The notes below the pieces were generated by a model that saw only the letters and a list, made by a program, of their open reading frames with translations, searched no databases and had not been told where the DNA came from. The position numbers and the translations under genes are program-made. A DNA stretch of 64,000 bases, from NCBI GenBank assembly GCA_964016885.1, contig OZ024749.1:30814001-30878000 (forward strand), written 5' to 3'. This document shows positions 26,801 to 43,526 of this stretch, in pieces (the stretch's first letter is position 1; the number at the start of each line of letters is the position of its first letter). The DNA is from Eledone cirrhosa. Lineage: Eukaryota.

Positions 26801-27699
26801 CTCCATTTATATCTTAAAGTATTGAAGTGAATGTATGCATGCGCGCATTTCTCTATGTTTTCATAAATGATAAAAGTTGTAAAAAGTAGTTTTGCCCTAC
26901 GGTTAGCTTAGAGTTTTTTTTATATACATGTTCATATGGTTAACTGTTAGGATGTTGGATTTAGTTCCTAATGTCGGTGGTTTGATTCTAGGATAGTAGG
27001 CCACGTAGTTTTCTTGAGAAAAACAGACTCTATTTCAAGTTGTTCCAGTACATTAAGCTGATAGTGAGCAGTAGCTGAAGAGTTATTTTTGCTTTACGTC
27101 AATGAAATCGGCGGTAATCACCGACTTGACCAGCCTTCAGTCAAACAGACTTTAACTAACTTCGGTTAGAACAGACTTAAAGAGACGGACATTGAGGGAC
27201 ATTGTCTATTATGTCTACCACAGTAAATGATCAGTATTCCAGTTGAGTTAAAACTAAACCAGTAGACAACAAATACTTTTATCACAAATGTAAAATCCTC
27301 ATGATCAACACTTAACCTCGAAACGTAATGTACGTTTTCTAAAAACCTCAGCCATTTATTTTCCTGAAGTATTCTACTGCTGAATTGGCAGCACTAACAT
27401 ACTTCGTCAAATAATTGATTAATGAACGGAATAATTGATTAATGAAGAAATAAATCGTCATAGACGTGTCGTATCCACATTATAGTTTAGATTCTGGGTT
27501 AACGACAATTCACTTTATTGAATTCCCATTGGCAAAACCCATCCAATCGTATTAAAGCTTTATATTATATTAGAGGCTTTAGTTCTGTCAATGAAACCGT
27601 CACCACATCCTCACTTCTTTTTCCTCGTTGTCATTTTCCATCAACATCATCATCATCACCCCATCATTATCTCCATCATCATCATCACCCCATCATTAT

Positions 27700-27731
<32 letters not shown>

Positions 27732-27944
27732 TTTTTATCAGCACCGCCATCATCGTCCTTACTCTCATTATAATCCCCACCACCATCATCACCATCACCA
27801 TCACCACTACCACCACCACCATCATCACCATCATCACCACCATCATCATCATAATCCCCTCCTCCTCCTTCTCCTCCTCCTCCTCCTCCTCCTCACCATC
27901 ATCATCATTAACATCAGCAGCAGTGTATTCACGATCATTATCGT

Positions 27945-28044
27945 TAAGGTTGACTTTGCCTTTCATCCTTACGGGGTCGATAAAATAAAGTACCAGTAAT
28001 GTACTGGATAATTGCTGGCCTTGTGCCTAAAGTAGAAACAATTA
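27945..28044 (+). mobile_element. SINE family 1, 3' fragment
   Basis: AAGGTTGACTTTGCCTTTCATCCTTACGGGGTCGATAAAATAAAGTACCAG..GTAGAAACAATTA. Confidence 0.8.
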
Positions 28045-28611
28045 TCGTTATAATTTCGTTATTGACGAGTACGTTGCTAGATATTTAAAGACATCCTATG
28101 GTTAACAGTTCCTTCCTCTTCAGTTGCAATGGCTGTCACTCGTACTACACCGATCTCTTCTTATATAACAATGTTGCTGTGAAGGCACAACATAAAACAC
28201 ACAATAGCTGACAAAATATTGTGTCATCAAATATGCCATTTGTAGACATTTATCTTTTATTTTACAAACTTCTAAAAATTTCATACTTGACGAAATTTCA
28301 TACTATATTGAAGTAAGAAATCAATTGTTTTGCTTAGGAAATACACGGGAATAGGTCGATATCTTTTCAAGATTTGGTTTCGATGTCAGTTTCAAACGCT
28401 TAAGCTTCCACAAAAAGGAGTTTCTAAGTTCAAATTTCACACGAATTACTTTCAAATTTCCAGTTCAAATTTCATCTTCAATTCCTGAATTTATGTAAGA
28501 AGTTCGAATTAAAGATCACGTTTCTTGATTTCTTGAACATGAATACCAGTTACATCTAGTGTTTGGATTGAAAGTGAGATTAACAATCTATTGAAGCTAC
28601 TGAAATAGTCA

Positions 28612-28716
28612 ATAATTGTTTCTACTTTAGGCACAAGGCCAGCAATTACCCACTACATTACTGGTACTTTATTTTATCGACCCCCGTAAGGATGAAAGGC
28701 AAAGTTAACCTCGGCG
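28612..28716 (-). mobile_element. SINE family 1, 3' fragment
   Basis: Family body, reverse complement. Confidence 0.8.
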
Positions 28717-28774
28717 TCAATAATATTGGTAGTTCTGTCTATCAATATATATATATATATGTATGCAAGTGGAA

Positions 28775-29054
28775 GCTTAGTAAAATCGAAGCTTTCGCTG
28801 CGGCCAAGCAAAATCGACGTACAATTAAGAATGAGTAGCAAAGCACTCAATAAGGGTAGGTCGTTAGAGTAATAACATTACGTTTAGATAGCTTGACAAA
28901 TTGAAAATTGCGGCAGGCAAAACTCAGCCATACAATACCCAAACACGAAAAAAACTAAGTTGTCTAACCTGATTAGTTGTTTCGTTGTTTTGGTATTGTA
29001 TGGCTGAGTTTTGCCTGCCGCAATTTTCAATTTGTCAAGCTATCTAAACGTAAT
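28775..29054 (-). mobile_element. Fold-back pLTR-like fragment, family I
   Basis: 28877-28950 is the reverse complement of 28980-29054; bulged stem at 28845-28870 (-); flanked by (TA)n. Confidence 0.6.
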
Positions 29055-29164
29055 ATATATATATATATATATATATAGCAGACTGCTACCGTAAACCTCT
29101 TCAAATGAAGTCGATGTTTATTACGGTATGTCGAATATATTTATCTATAAAACTGTTTATATTG

Positions 29165-29230
29165 TATTTTGTCTGATGAAGGCATAGCATATTGTTAATA
29201 TGATATCCCCGAAATATATATAATGAAATA
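29165..29230 (+). ncRNA. Type I hammerhead ribozyme, family C variant
   Basis: TATTTTGT-CTGATGA-AGGCATAGCATATT..AATATGATATCCCC-GAAA-TATATA-TA-ATGAAATA. Confidence 0.7.
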
Positions 29231-29359
29231 AATATGGTTTTATAAATATAGTTTTCCATTTATTTAATATTGTAAATATACTCCAAATATTTGTCGAGTG
29301 CTTTTATATCAGTTATAAATATTTACTAGTTGTAACCCAACAATTTTTAAATATAACTT

Positions 29360-29401
<42 letters not shown>

Positions 29402-29595
29402 TTATCCAGGGTTCAATCGGGGGGCAACCACAGTAAGAAACGTACTCAATACAAAGCAGAGTATAAATGTTTAATATAGAGAAGCTTCTACAGGACTAGA
29501 ACCTCTTTCATTTGTGAGAAAAAATGAAGCAGTTCTATTCCTGTAGAAGCTTCTCTATATTAAATACATATATATATATATATATTATATATTTA

Positions 29596-29626
<31 letters not shown>

Positions 29627-29627
29627 A

Positions 29628-29660
<33 letters not shown>

Positions 29661-31914
29661 ATAAACAACTACAGATTTGCAATTGCATATCGAGGAGGAT
29701 ATGTTACACACAGGAAAATATAAATATCAAAATATGGTATTTTCTTTTACAATATAAACACATACTGAAGTAGTAATCCCCAGATACACATACACATATA
29801 CACACTGACACACACACACATACACACCCCTCAAACAAACACACAAACATACATATACAAACACACAAAAATGCATATACAAACACACGCACACTCACAC
29901 ATACACACCACTCACACTCAAACACATTACACACCACATACAAAATCATATATACACACACACAAAAACACTTTATATATAAGAGGTAATATAGATCGAA
30001 GAGAAAAACGTGTCATAACGTTTATTAATATTTGCTCATATTTCCCTGTAGTTAATTTCTGGGGACAAAATAATGAGTTACACGTTATGTACGATTTAGA
30101 CAAATATATTTGATAAAGATTTTCGATATGTTCAATAAATTCTCTTTATACGTATATATGTGCAGGTACAGACACGTGTTTACACATAAGAAAATACAGT
30201 CACACACACACACACCTACATGCATGTAAACAAACACACACAAAAAAGATGCACACAAAGAAACGCACAATATAACGTTATATATATATACACACACACG
30301 CGCGCGCGCACACACACGCGCATACACACATATATATATATATACATACAAATATATAAACATATATATATATATATTTGTGTATATATATATATATATA
30401 TAAACATACATATATATATATGCATATATATATATGTATATATATACACATACACACACACACACACGCATGTATATATATATACACATATATATTTGTG
30501 TGCTTAAACATACATACGTTACAACCTACTTGAAGTAGGTGTACAAAATAAAATCATAACATCTTATGTGTTCATATATTTATTTTGAAAACTCATACTG
30601 ATACTTATCTCATTTGACGAGTCTTAAAAATCTTCTTTACAATTCACGTTAAAAGTCAACATAAAAATATGGCGACCATGATGAGTAGACAGATTATAAG
30701 TTTCTATTAGGTTTTAATTCGAAAAATATCTTCTTGCAGATTCTAGATTCTAGATTCCCTAAGGACATATGTACACAAACTGTTATATATCAAAGTCTGT
30801 TCTAGAGGAGGATATTTTCAAACGCTGAATTATATATGCACGTGTTTGTGTGTTTCTGTATGTGTGTGTTAGCGTGTATGTGTATGTGTGTGTGTTTGTG
30901 TGCGTGTGTGTGTGTGTGTGTGATTGTGTGTGTGTGTGTGTAGAGGGGTACTGTAGAATATTGAAATACAATATGTAGATAGATATTGTCCCATGGCTGC
31001 TATGATTTGTCATCATTTTAACCCCAACTCCACGTTTTTAGTCTCCCCACAGTGTATTTTAAATGAAAACACACTGATAATAATATGATGTGCAATTACT
31101 GAATTAATGGGAAAATAAATATAAATAAATATAATCGTCATTTTGACGAGGAGTGGGCACAGAATCGTAGTGAAACATCCAAACACAGAGAGAGGACTAA
31201 GGCCGCATGTAAGTTTTCTGAGATCAACGAAGTGGGGTGAAGAAAAATGGGTAGGCATGAGGAAAGAGAGCGGATAGTAACAACAGAGAGCGTGAAAGTG
31301 GAATAGACTCGGAAAGAGAGATGGTGAGAGAGCGATAGATACAGAAAGAGGGACAGATAGAAATGTAGTGACAGAGGAAAGGAACGGAGGTCGTAAGCGG
31401 TGTAAAGTCTAATTTTTAATAGGGGTTAAAATGTCCTACGTGGCTATGACCATATCGAATATTGATTAATAAAGGAAGCTAAAAAAATAAAACGGAAAAA
31501 TAATCATGGACAGGGACTTCTCTTCACACAATATCTGGAAATCATTATAGTTTCAGTTTTTTAAAGTTTATACTAATCCTTCCTATACGCATGAGAAAAA
31601 TAACAGGAAAGAACAGAGAAAGAGGACAACGATTTATACAAATATATGTAAAAATAGGGTTGCAAATATGTTTCATTTCATTGAAAACGGAGTGATAAAA
31701 ACGATGTAATATATACATACATACAACATACATAGACATACACACACAAAATATATAATTTCATGCATACATGAAATAGCTTCTCAATATATATATATAT
31801 ATATATAGGAACCAGTAAGGGGTCTTACTGGTTTCTATTACCCACTCTACTACCTCAAGTATTGAGTACTTTGGTGCGTTATGGTCCACCTGGTTCCTTA
31901 CCACATTTCCTTCG

Positions 31915-31972
<58 letters not shown>

Positions 31973-31974
31973 TT

Positions 31975-32019
<45 letters not shown>

Positions 32020-32311
32020 AATATATGTATATATATATATATATGTAGAAGTTCTATTTAAATTGTTGGGATACTACAAGCAAATATTTTTATAACTGAT
32101 ATAAAGCACTCAACAAATTATTGGAGTAAAAATACGATATATTAACAAATGGAAACTATATTTATAAAACCATATTTATATCATTATACATATTTCAAGT
32201 TAAATTATGGTGTGCTTTCATCAGATTAAATGGTTGCATCCCTTAAGGGTATGTCAATATTTATTTATAACACTGCTTTTATAAATATACTTTCCATTTG
32301 TTAATATATCG

Positions 32312-32344
<33 letters not shown>

Positions 32345-32363
32345 GTATATATATATATATATT

Positions 32364-32407
<44 letters not shown>

Positions 32408-32408
32408 C

Positions 32409-32464
<56 letters not shown>

Positions 32465-32558
32465 TTCTTATTGGCAACATGACCCTCCCAAAGTATAACA
32501 ATATCGGTTTCAACACACGTTTTCAGATTAAGAATCTTGCTAAACAAATTCAGAAACG

Positions 32559-32600
<42 letters not shown>

Positions 32601-32929
32601 CCAAGCCGGTATGAATTTTTTTCTTTCTCTCTATCTCTCTCGTCTGCGACTTCACAGAACTTAGGTTTACCGAATTCGCAGACCAGACCCCTTCTTCTTC
32701 CCCCCGTTAGACCTGTGCGAAATTAGCCAGGGTGCTTTTGTAAAATAAAAGGAAAAGAAGAAAAGGTAAGTAAATAAATAAGTAAATAAATAAATAAATA
32801 AATGAATAAATAGATAAATGAACAAATAAATAAAAATAAATAAAAACTACCATCCTACCCCCCCCCCAACCATCACCCCTCCCTTACCACTACCTAAATG
32901 TATAAATACCAGAACTTAATATGACACAC

Positions 32930-32980
32930 AGCTTCCTGAAGATTTCATCTGAATGAAACAGTACTAGTCCTGTAGAAGCT
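32930..32980 (+). ncRNA. Type I hammerhead ribozyme, family A
   Basis: AGCTTC-CTGAAGA-TTTCATCTGAAT-GAAA-CAG-TACTAGTC-CTG-TA-GAAGCT. Confidence 0.8.
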
Positions 32981-33010
32981 CCTTCTATACAATAAATATA
33001 TATATATATA

Positions 33011-33105
<95 letters not shown>

Positions 33106-33527
33106 ATATATGCATAAACAAACATTCACACATTCGTATCTAAATGTATGCAAAGATGAAGTATATAAAACGGTCTATTTTTCTTCGATGGGCTTTGAGG
33201 AGACAGGCGATTTAATATTTCTGACTGTCATCTTAATCACATAAAAAATAATATATTTTTGCTAAAACAGTTATATTCTATCTTCAAGTGGTATAGGACA
33301 TTCACTGCCAATGGCGATATTTACTTCCTTTCAAAACATTTGTTTGAAGAGATACAAACTAAATAGATTTTACTTCGTAACGGGACGGTGTAATGTTTAC
33401 AGCCATCAGACATGTAACAGTGATGTCATCTTCATATCTATCTGTTCTGCTGCGTATTGTATGTAGAACAGTTGGGTTTATTTTATATATATGTATATCT
33501 GTATATATATAAATAAATATAAATATA

Positions 33528-33596
<69 letters not shown>

Positions 33597-33871
33597 GGAA
33601 AATAGTAAAATCGAATCTCTGGCGGTTTGCAAGTAAACTCGGCCTACTTATATGAAATGACAAATGCGTTTTTTATATATATATATATAAAATAAACGCA
33701 TTTGTCATACACACAATATATATATATGTATATATATATGTATATATATATATAGATGGAAAAAATGAAATGAAATTAAATATATATATATAATTTCATA
33801 TATTTATGTATATAAATATATATATATATATATATATACATAAATATATAAAGTTATATATACATATATAA

Positions 33872-33949
<78 letters not shown>

Positions 33950-34338
33950 GTAATATATTTTACAAATATAATATATAACACTCGCATATACATACATAAA
34001 TAGGCGTGTAAATATGAATATATATATATATGAAGGGTTGGGTCTGTGTGTGTGTGTGTATGCATGAGTGTGTATATATTACAACGGCATAGGATTACTA
34101 AACATCACTACACAGTGATGGTTCTCTCCACAAACGCCACCCACCAACAATAACACCACTATCATATATATACATATATATATACACCCATGTAATTGAA
34201 TAACCAGTGTGTAGAATGGCTAGCCACCTTATTAGTGTTAATGACAAATCAAAATTTGTAATGATAATTATAGTAAAATTAAAATTTTCATATACTCATG
34301 GTTTATTCTCACTATTCGAATTAATGCCTTTAAATATA

Positions 34339-34416
34339 CAGAGTGTCCCCCAAAAATGTATACATACTTTGATTAGTATGGAGTTTAAGTGTGTATACAT
34401 TTTCGGTGACACAATG
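34339..34416. mobile_element. Tiny Tc1/mariner-type MITE
   Basis: TA|CAGAGTGTCCCCCAAAAATGTATACA..TGTATACATTTTCGGTGACACAATG|TA: imperfect TIRs with TA flanks. Confidence 0.6.
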
Positions 34417-34669
34417 TATATAGATCTGTTGTGATTTCAATCAAATTATGAGAGGATACAAAATTCCATCTGATGAACATTCGTCTGTATATTATGCCTT
34501 GAAAGGAATTTAAATTAGGTATAATAATATTAATAATAATTAATTATAATGATAATAATTATTATTAATATCATTACAATCATAATATCAATCTAGTTTG
34601 AAAAGGCTGTAACTTTGCCGAAACTTTGATGTGAGTAGCCACCATTAATCGTATATATACATATATATA

Positions 34670-34720
<51 letters not shown>

Positions 34721-34799
34721 AATATATTTACAAGTGGAAGGTTAGTATATATATATATATGCATTCGAACACGTACATTCATCAATCCATACGTACGTA

Positions 34800-34869
<70 letters not shown>

Positions 34870-35294
34870 CAAACGAGTAGATTTTATTTTTAAAACAACC
34901 CTTCTATTTAATCGACGTGTTTGAGTTGGAAGGGAAATCAAATCTAATTTCCGTTTCCCTCCAATTATTGGCTGAGGAAATCGAAGTTGTCTCCAGTGGT
35001 GTTTATACTAACGATAATGATAGAAAAAGTTCAGCAATTCATTTGAAAGGAAATTGCCTCATGTTGACTCCTTAATATAAGAACAATCTCTATCTAACCA
35101 CATTAGTTGGTTTGATAATAGTTTAAACAAAAACAGATATATCTCACAGACTTACACCCCAGGAGGGGATATAAATTGAGAGACGGATAATCTCACTTAC
35201 ATAGAAGTAGACAGATAGTTTTATATATATATATAACCACAATCATATGTACAGTCATATATACATCTACTCATATACTCGAACATGGAGAATT

Positions 35295-35341
<47 letters not shown>

Positions 35342-35733
35342 GATAGAAGAACACACTGACATATACTTTATATAGATCGACTGACAGTGTACCTTATAGA
35401 GAAGTACGTGTCTACAAATATATATATATATATATATATATAGTAATAATAATAAATTTGAAGACTAAAATCCAAAGAGGGCTCGATAAGGATAAATATA
35501 TATCAAATATATAAGAACCGTAGAGCAAATATTTATTAAAATAACAGATTAAAGTTTAAGCAAAGAATCGCTCCTTTCACCCTTAAGGGGATCTTCTGAA
35601 ACTAACAAAGTCAATCTGTAAACGCAGAAGTGGATATTTCAAAAAACGTTGCAACCGGGGGAAGACAGGAAGACGATACTTTGATTCGAACCAAAGTATC
35701 GTCTTCCTTCTGCGTTTACAGATTGACTTTGTT

Positions 35734-35784
35734 AGTTTCAGAAGATCCCCTTAAGGGTGAAAGCAGCGATTCTTTGCTTAAACT
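35734..35784 (+). ncRNA. Hammerhead variant, family G (CAGAAGA core)
   Basis: AGTTT-CAGAAGA-TCCCC-TTAA-GGGT-GAAA-GCA..TGC-TT-AAACT; inverted copy at 35553-35603. Confidence 0.6.
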
Positions 35785-36250
35785 TTAATCTCTTATTTTA
35801 ATAAATATATATATATATATATATATTGTTATACTTTGGGAGGGTCATGTTGCCAATAAGTAACACACGCACCAGTTGTGTCACTTCAATTTATTATAAT
35901 AAATTTATAAATTTCGGAATTTATAAATTTCCGTTTGGTTGGTTGGTTCCACAACCAGATGATTGTTTATATATTGTCAAACTTCTTTCGTCACACATTC
36001 TGTGACCTCTTCAGTGACTGGGGATTCTTTTCTTTGTTTTTGTGCCTCTCCTTTGTTCTGTCCTACGCCATCTTGTTTTTGTGTGTATTGTGTGCTTAAT
36101 TTGCGCATGTGTTACATCCGGGTGTCTGTGTGTGTTTATATTTGTTTATTTATTTGTTTATTTACATATTACTGGTTGGTTGTTTGCGCTATGTGCGTGT
36201 GTATTTTCATTTGGTCCTTAATTGTAAGTTGTGATGTTGCTGTTCCATTC

Positions 36251-36894
36251 ATGGCCACACCATTAGCTAAGATCTTTCTTTCCCTTATTACGAAGCATTT
36301 CCCCCTACACATAAATATAGTAAAATTTTTAATAGAAATATTATTAAAATTTCTTACTCTACGACTCCTAACCTTGCACATAACATCACAGCTTCAAATT
36401 TAGCTAAACTACCTAGCCGTAGGAACACGTGCAACCTGGTAGTTAGTACTAAGTGTAATTGTAGGAATCGGGTTGATTGCCCTCTATCCGGGAAATGCCT
36501 CTCTAGTAACATTGTCTACAAATGTAAGGTTGAAACACCCACGTCCCGTAGGGACTACATAGGGTTAACCGGCAATAGATTCAAGCAGCGTCTTTACATG
36601 CATACCCATTCTTTTCGTTACCCTCTAAGAAGGAATATGACGTCAGTTTCAGCTTATATCTGGAGTCTAAAAGACAACCACACCCAATATAAGTTATACT
36701 GGGAGATCCTAGCTAGGGCTAGATCGTATAACGGAAACAAAAGACCATGTGACCTCTGCGCCGCTGAGGCCCTGGAAATACTCTACGCCACAGACCACAT
36801 CTTAAACAAAAAATCTGAGGCATTTTCAGCTTGTAAACATAAATTGCACAACACTTTCCTGTATTACAGCCCCACGTTATACCCTAACAGTTAA
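36251..36894 (+). pseudogene. PLE linker + GIY-YIG endonuclease, frameshifted
   Basis: TPLAKIFLSLITKHFP, CNCRNRVDCPLSGKC, IVYKC..YIGLTGNRFKQRLYMH..WEILARARSYNG..CDLCAAE; clearly homologous to the 48008 ORF. Confidence 0.85.
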
Positions 36895-37818
36895 TACGAT
36901 CTATACGTGGATATTTTACGTCTTGATGTGGTAGCTAAGTATATGTTTTGTTTATACCATTACTTATTTGCATAGGTAAGTATATATTACCTGTATGTTT
37001 TGTGAAGGTACGTATACCTTCTCGTGCGTATATTTGATCGTATAGATTGGCGTATAATTTTATTTATTCTGGTACATATGGTTTGGTTATGTGTATACGG
37101 GAGTTTTGCGTCTGTGTTAGTATGTAGGTTCGTACGTATGTAGGGTGTGTGTATATGTGTACTTCATGTTTTTGTTGACTTACGTCTCCGAACATTTGTG
37201 TATTTACATGTAGGTATGTGTGTGCGCTTGTTATATAAGTATTTATTTATTTATATACGTTTTTTTAATTATTTATTTATGTGTATACACGCATACATAC
37301 ACACACATATATATATGTGCGTGGTTTTGTATACCTATGGTAAGTGTTTTCGCGTATGCTTGTGTATGTACGTGTATGTATTTATTTAATTTCTATTACC
37401 TCTGTATTGTATTTATTTACTTTGCTCTTAACTCTGAAGCGGAGATTCATTCGGTCTCCTCGTTAGAATTTTAGTCTACGACTTCTGCTATACGATTTAC
37501 GTGGTTTTGTCTTTGCGTGCAATTGTTCTCCACGCTCCATATATGACGTTTATCTTCGTTTTTTTCGTTCATTGCCAGAGAACGTCTCTATGAACCTCCT
37601 AAGAGAACATTAGTCTACGACCTCTCTTATACCATACACGTGGTTCTGTCTTTGCGCGTAATTGTTTTTAACCGCTCTTATTAATGACGTATTATATTCG
37701 TTTTTTCCCGTTCTTTGCCAGGGAACGTTTCCACGAACCAAAGTATCGTCTTCCTGTCTTCCTCAGGTTGCAACGTTTTTTGAAATATCCACTTCTGCGT
37801 TTACAGATTGACTTTGTT

Positions 37819-37869
37819 AGTTTCAGAAGATCCCGTTAAGGGTGAAAGCAGCGATTCTTTGCTTAAACT
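37819..37869 (+). ncRNA. Hammerhead variant, family G (3' pLTR)
   Basis: Same fold as 35734-35784, CAGAAGA core. Confidence 0.6.
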
Positions 37870-37980
37870 TTAATCTGTTATTTTAATAAATATTTGCTCT
37901 ACGGTTCTTATATATTTGATATATATATATTTATCCTTATCGAGCCCTCTTTGGACTTTAGTCTTCAAATTTATTATTAT

Positions 37981-38025
<45 letters not shown>

Positions 38026-38251
38026 ATCAAAAGATGGTTAAAAGAGTTCCATGTATTAACCATCTTTTGATCTTATATATTATTTATACTCCAGTCCTAC
38101 AAACTGTAGAGTGCTACTTATCCGATATCTGCATTGTTTTATTGTACTACAATAAAACTCACCTCCTACATATATATATATATATACATATATATATATG
38201 GATAGACCCATCGCACATTAAATTATATTTTATTATTTGCACATTTATATT

Positions 38252-38337
<86 letters not shown>

Positions 38338-38571
38338 GAGAGAGACACTCACATATACATTATTATATAAGGAGATACACTGAGTCATTCATTTTATTTC
38401 ACTTCTGAAGATTTCTCTAATTATTAATTTGGCTTCTCTGAATTTGATCAAGAGTTTTGTTATTCATAGCAGGACATCTTTCAACATTTTCGAAGGTAAT
38501 ATAGCTTAACATAAAACAGAAATTTGATACCAACATTCTTAGAATAATTTTAAAGAGGATACAGGGATTAT

Positions 38572-38707
<136 letters not shown>

Positions 38708-38721
38708 GTGTATTATATATA

Positions 38722-38752
<31 letters not shown>

Positions 38753-38797
38753 CCATCTGCCTATCTATCTATCTATATATGTATATATGAGTATATA

Positions 38798-38862
<65 letters not shown>

Positions 38863-38959
38863 AAGCTACATATTGATAGTCTCTTACAATAAAGTACCTC
38901 TAGGAAAGAGATTTTTCCGAGTCGTATATTATAATTGAATATAAAAGAGAGATAAACAC

Positions 38960-39018
<59 letters not shown>

Positions 39019-39088
39019 CAAATCGTAATGGACCAGATTCGATAAGGTGAAAAACATACTAACTATGTGTTTGCTAGACCCCATTTAA

Positions 39089-39133
<45 letters not shown>

Positions 39134-39189
39134 TATCCTTAAATTGAGTCTGGCAAACCCATACTTTATATATATATATATATATATAG

Positions 39190-39770
<581 letters not shown>

Positions 39771-39779
39771 AAGTCCCCC

Positions 39780-39895
<116 letters not shown>

Positions 39896-40252
39896 TATAT
39901 AAATATATATGAAAAAGAACACAAGAGCGTCTACAACATCAAAAGATTTTTATTGGCTTACAATGTTTCTTCCTTACGTAACCGTAGGGTTCGTCAGAGC
40001 TATAAAAGGGGTTTGATTGGTGTTATGGACTCTACCAACCAAACATTCAAGAACAAAGAGTAAAGAGAGTTTAAGGGCAAAAGTAGGGGACGATAAGTCT
40101 AATTTTGGTGCGGGAGGGTGGGGTGTGGGTCCTTGTTTATTAGCTGCGGTCATATTCATTCCCCGGAGTCGGGTGGTTAGCTGAACCATAGATTATGCTA
40201 CCAATACCTTAATGGGACACGGGTATACAATACCTAACTCCTATTAACCTAA

Positions 40253-40343
<91 letters not shown>

Positions 40344-40455
40344 TATATAAATATATTTTGTGTAACCACTTCTACCTAACTCGTCCCATGGACTGAGTGC
40401 TCTAACACTACGGATATTATCTTCCAGTGTTCTAGCACTACATATATATATAATA

Positions 40456-40493
<38 letters not shown>

Positions 40494-40523
40494 TATATGT
40501 ATATAAAAGTATGTGTGTATGCG

Positions 40524-40591
<68 letters not shown>

Positions 40592-40592
40592 T

Positions 40593-40651
<59 letters not shown>

Positions 40652-40764
40652 CTGTCACCAAACACCTTTATGTTAAGTTGTAGATGTTTGTGAATCTCGT
40701 ATGTTCCTGTCTCTTTTGATACCTCTCATTAATTTTATCATAGATTATAGTTCTTACTACCTCT

Positions 40765-41160
40765 GTGGATTGGCAGTATCGGTAGAGGGTTGGACGCCAT
40801 GCTTTCCAGAATAGTTACGTCCCTTTACAGTCTGAGTTCAAATCCCACCGAGGTTAACTTTGCCTTTCATCCTTACGGGGTCGATAAAATAAAGTACCAG
40901 TAATGTACTGGAATGATTGCTGGCCTTGTGCCAAAAGTAGAAAATATTATTGTTACTACTACGGGCGGGGGATTGGCAGTATCGTTAGAGGGTCGTTCGC
41001 CATGGTTTGCAGCATAGAGTTACGGGCCATTACGATCTGAGTTCAAATCCCGCTGAAGTTAACTTTGCCTTTCATCGTTACAGCGTCGATAAAATAAAAT
41101 ACCAGTAATGCACTGAAATGATTGGTGGCCTTGTGTCAAAAGTAGAAAAAATTATTGTTA
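40765..41160 (+). mobile_element. Two tandem full-length SINE family 1 copies with a (TAC)n tail
   Basis: TGGCAGTATCG(G/T)TAGAGGG A box, GAGTTCAAATCCC B box and family body, each present twice. Confidence 0.85.
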
Positions 41161-41172
41161 CTATTACTTCTT

Positions 41173-41210
<38 letters not shown>

Positions 41211-41731
41211 GTCCAATGTGTTTTGTTTTTGTTTGTTTGCTGTCAACAATCACTGACAGGTAGCAGTTTACATATATTTAATGTTGAATTTATAATACAC
41301 GTCTTGTCCATTCCAACACTTTATTTGTTATTTTCGTCTATATTCTAGCATTCTTTAAAACAATACTTCTTTCATTTTCTCAACAATATGTCATTAAATT
41401 TGTCAACAAAGTGATGTCCGTCCAAATTTTCACTGAAATACATCTTACTCGCTTTTTCTTTATTTCATATTTTGGTTCTGTTTCACTTTTGTGTCATTAG
41501 ACGCCTTCTATCTCTTCTATACACAAATACAACGATGCAAAGATGAAACACTAAACTGATTGCTCCAGGGAGACAGCACCAATTGTACTTTATCAAGCTT
41601 GTTAAGTTTAAAAAAATAACTTTCAAAACTTTGAGATCGAAAACAAAATATAATTAATTGTTTAGATCTTTTCACCCCACTCCAAACCACTTACTCTTAT
41701 TCTGTTTCTATTTCGTTTCTTTTTGTCTGAA

Positions 41732-41808
<77 letters not shown>

Positions 41809-42397
41809 GTATATGCAGAGTTTTGGCAACATGTGTGTGAACACAATACACTACGATCGGTACAATGTGTGGCATAATAAAACGTTTTCGACTAAATGAC
41901 AAATAATGGAGAATGCTTCAACAACTGTGTAAAAGCACATGGAATAATCACATTTGAAAATACGTATTTAACAAGTTGATTTAGGGAAGACCAGCAGTGA
42001 TTCAGGCTTGTCAGTAACTACTCTATATGACATTGATTTTGTTCAAAGGGAAGGTAAACGCCGATAGTTCTTGGCACCAATGATGTCACAATTCATGTGT
42101 TCTCAAATACATGGTCAAGTTTAAATCGAAATAGTATTTTTTGTTGGAGAACACAAAACGTGATTTGGTCCAAGATTCGAACGTATATCGTTCGAAAAAT
42201 ACACTATAAAGAGATCTACTTTAGGAACGTTAGAGACTAGGCTACCATGTCTAGCAGGTCAATCAACCACGTATATATGTCTTCCATGTTGTAGTTTTCT
42301 CTCACCATATCACCGTTGAATGTATGAAAATTTACGAGATTCTGCAAGTAAATACTAAACATGGGATAACAAAATATAGGACATTCTATGCACCATA

Positions 42398-42463
<66 letters not shown>

Positions 42464-42476
42464 TATATATATATAT

Positions 42477-42528
<52 letters not shown>

Positions 42529-42746
42529 TATATATACATATAAATATATATATAGAGGAACAAAGAGTCAGTTGCATGCGACAGAATCGGAGATGCGATT
42601 AAATACCGAGCCATATCTGAGGATCTTTCGATTCCAGAGTCAGTTTCGATCAATAATAAATAATTCCTCGAGCTGATAGAGAGTCAATCATGTAATATAT
42701 TATTAAATACTTTATGATGCAGCACTGTCTCTTTGTTCCTTTATTC

Positions 42747-42872
<126 letters not shown>

Positions 42873-42873
42873 C

Positions 42874-42959
<86 letters not shown>

Positions 42960-42961
42960 AT

Positions 42962-43059
<98 letters not shown>

Positions 43060-43157
43060 GAGAGTGAGAGAGACAGACATACACTTATATATCGTCACGA
43101 TGTGTTAAAAAGAAGATACGATGTTAACAATAAATCTTCTTAGTTTTGCCTGCAACA

Positions 43158-43201
<44 letters not shown>

Positions 43202-43526
43202 CAGCATTTTCTATTCCGTTTACCAATATATAATAACTTGTGTGTTACACCTCTATTCTTTTAACTATATATATATATATATATATATACGTCAGCACCA
43301 GACAGTATTTAAATCCTTTATATCCGATCTATCCTAATATAACTAAAGGAATAACGGAAAGCAATATAAAGCTATCTTTTATTTCATTATTACATTGATA
43401 ATATTCAATTTTACATATATTTTAGCATTGTGGAAAACTATTTCAGAAGATATAATGAATATGTAACAGTGAATTACATTTATACCCGATGCATTACATA
43501 TTTTACGACTATTGTACATTATTAAT

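Larger units (their letters stand above)
35443..37985 (+). mobile_element. 5'-truncated Penelope-like element with inverted 5' pLTR (family G)
   Basis: 35443-35690 is the reverse complement of the 3' pLTR 37735-37985; direct pLTR piece at 35688-35805; (TA)n flanks. Confidence 0.8.
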
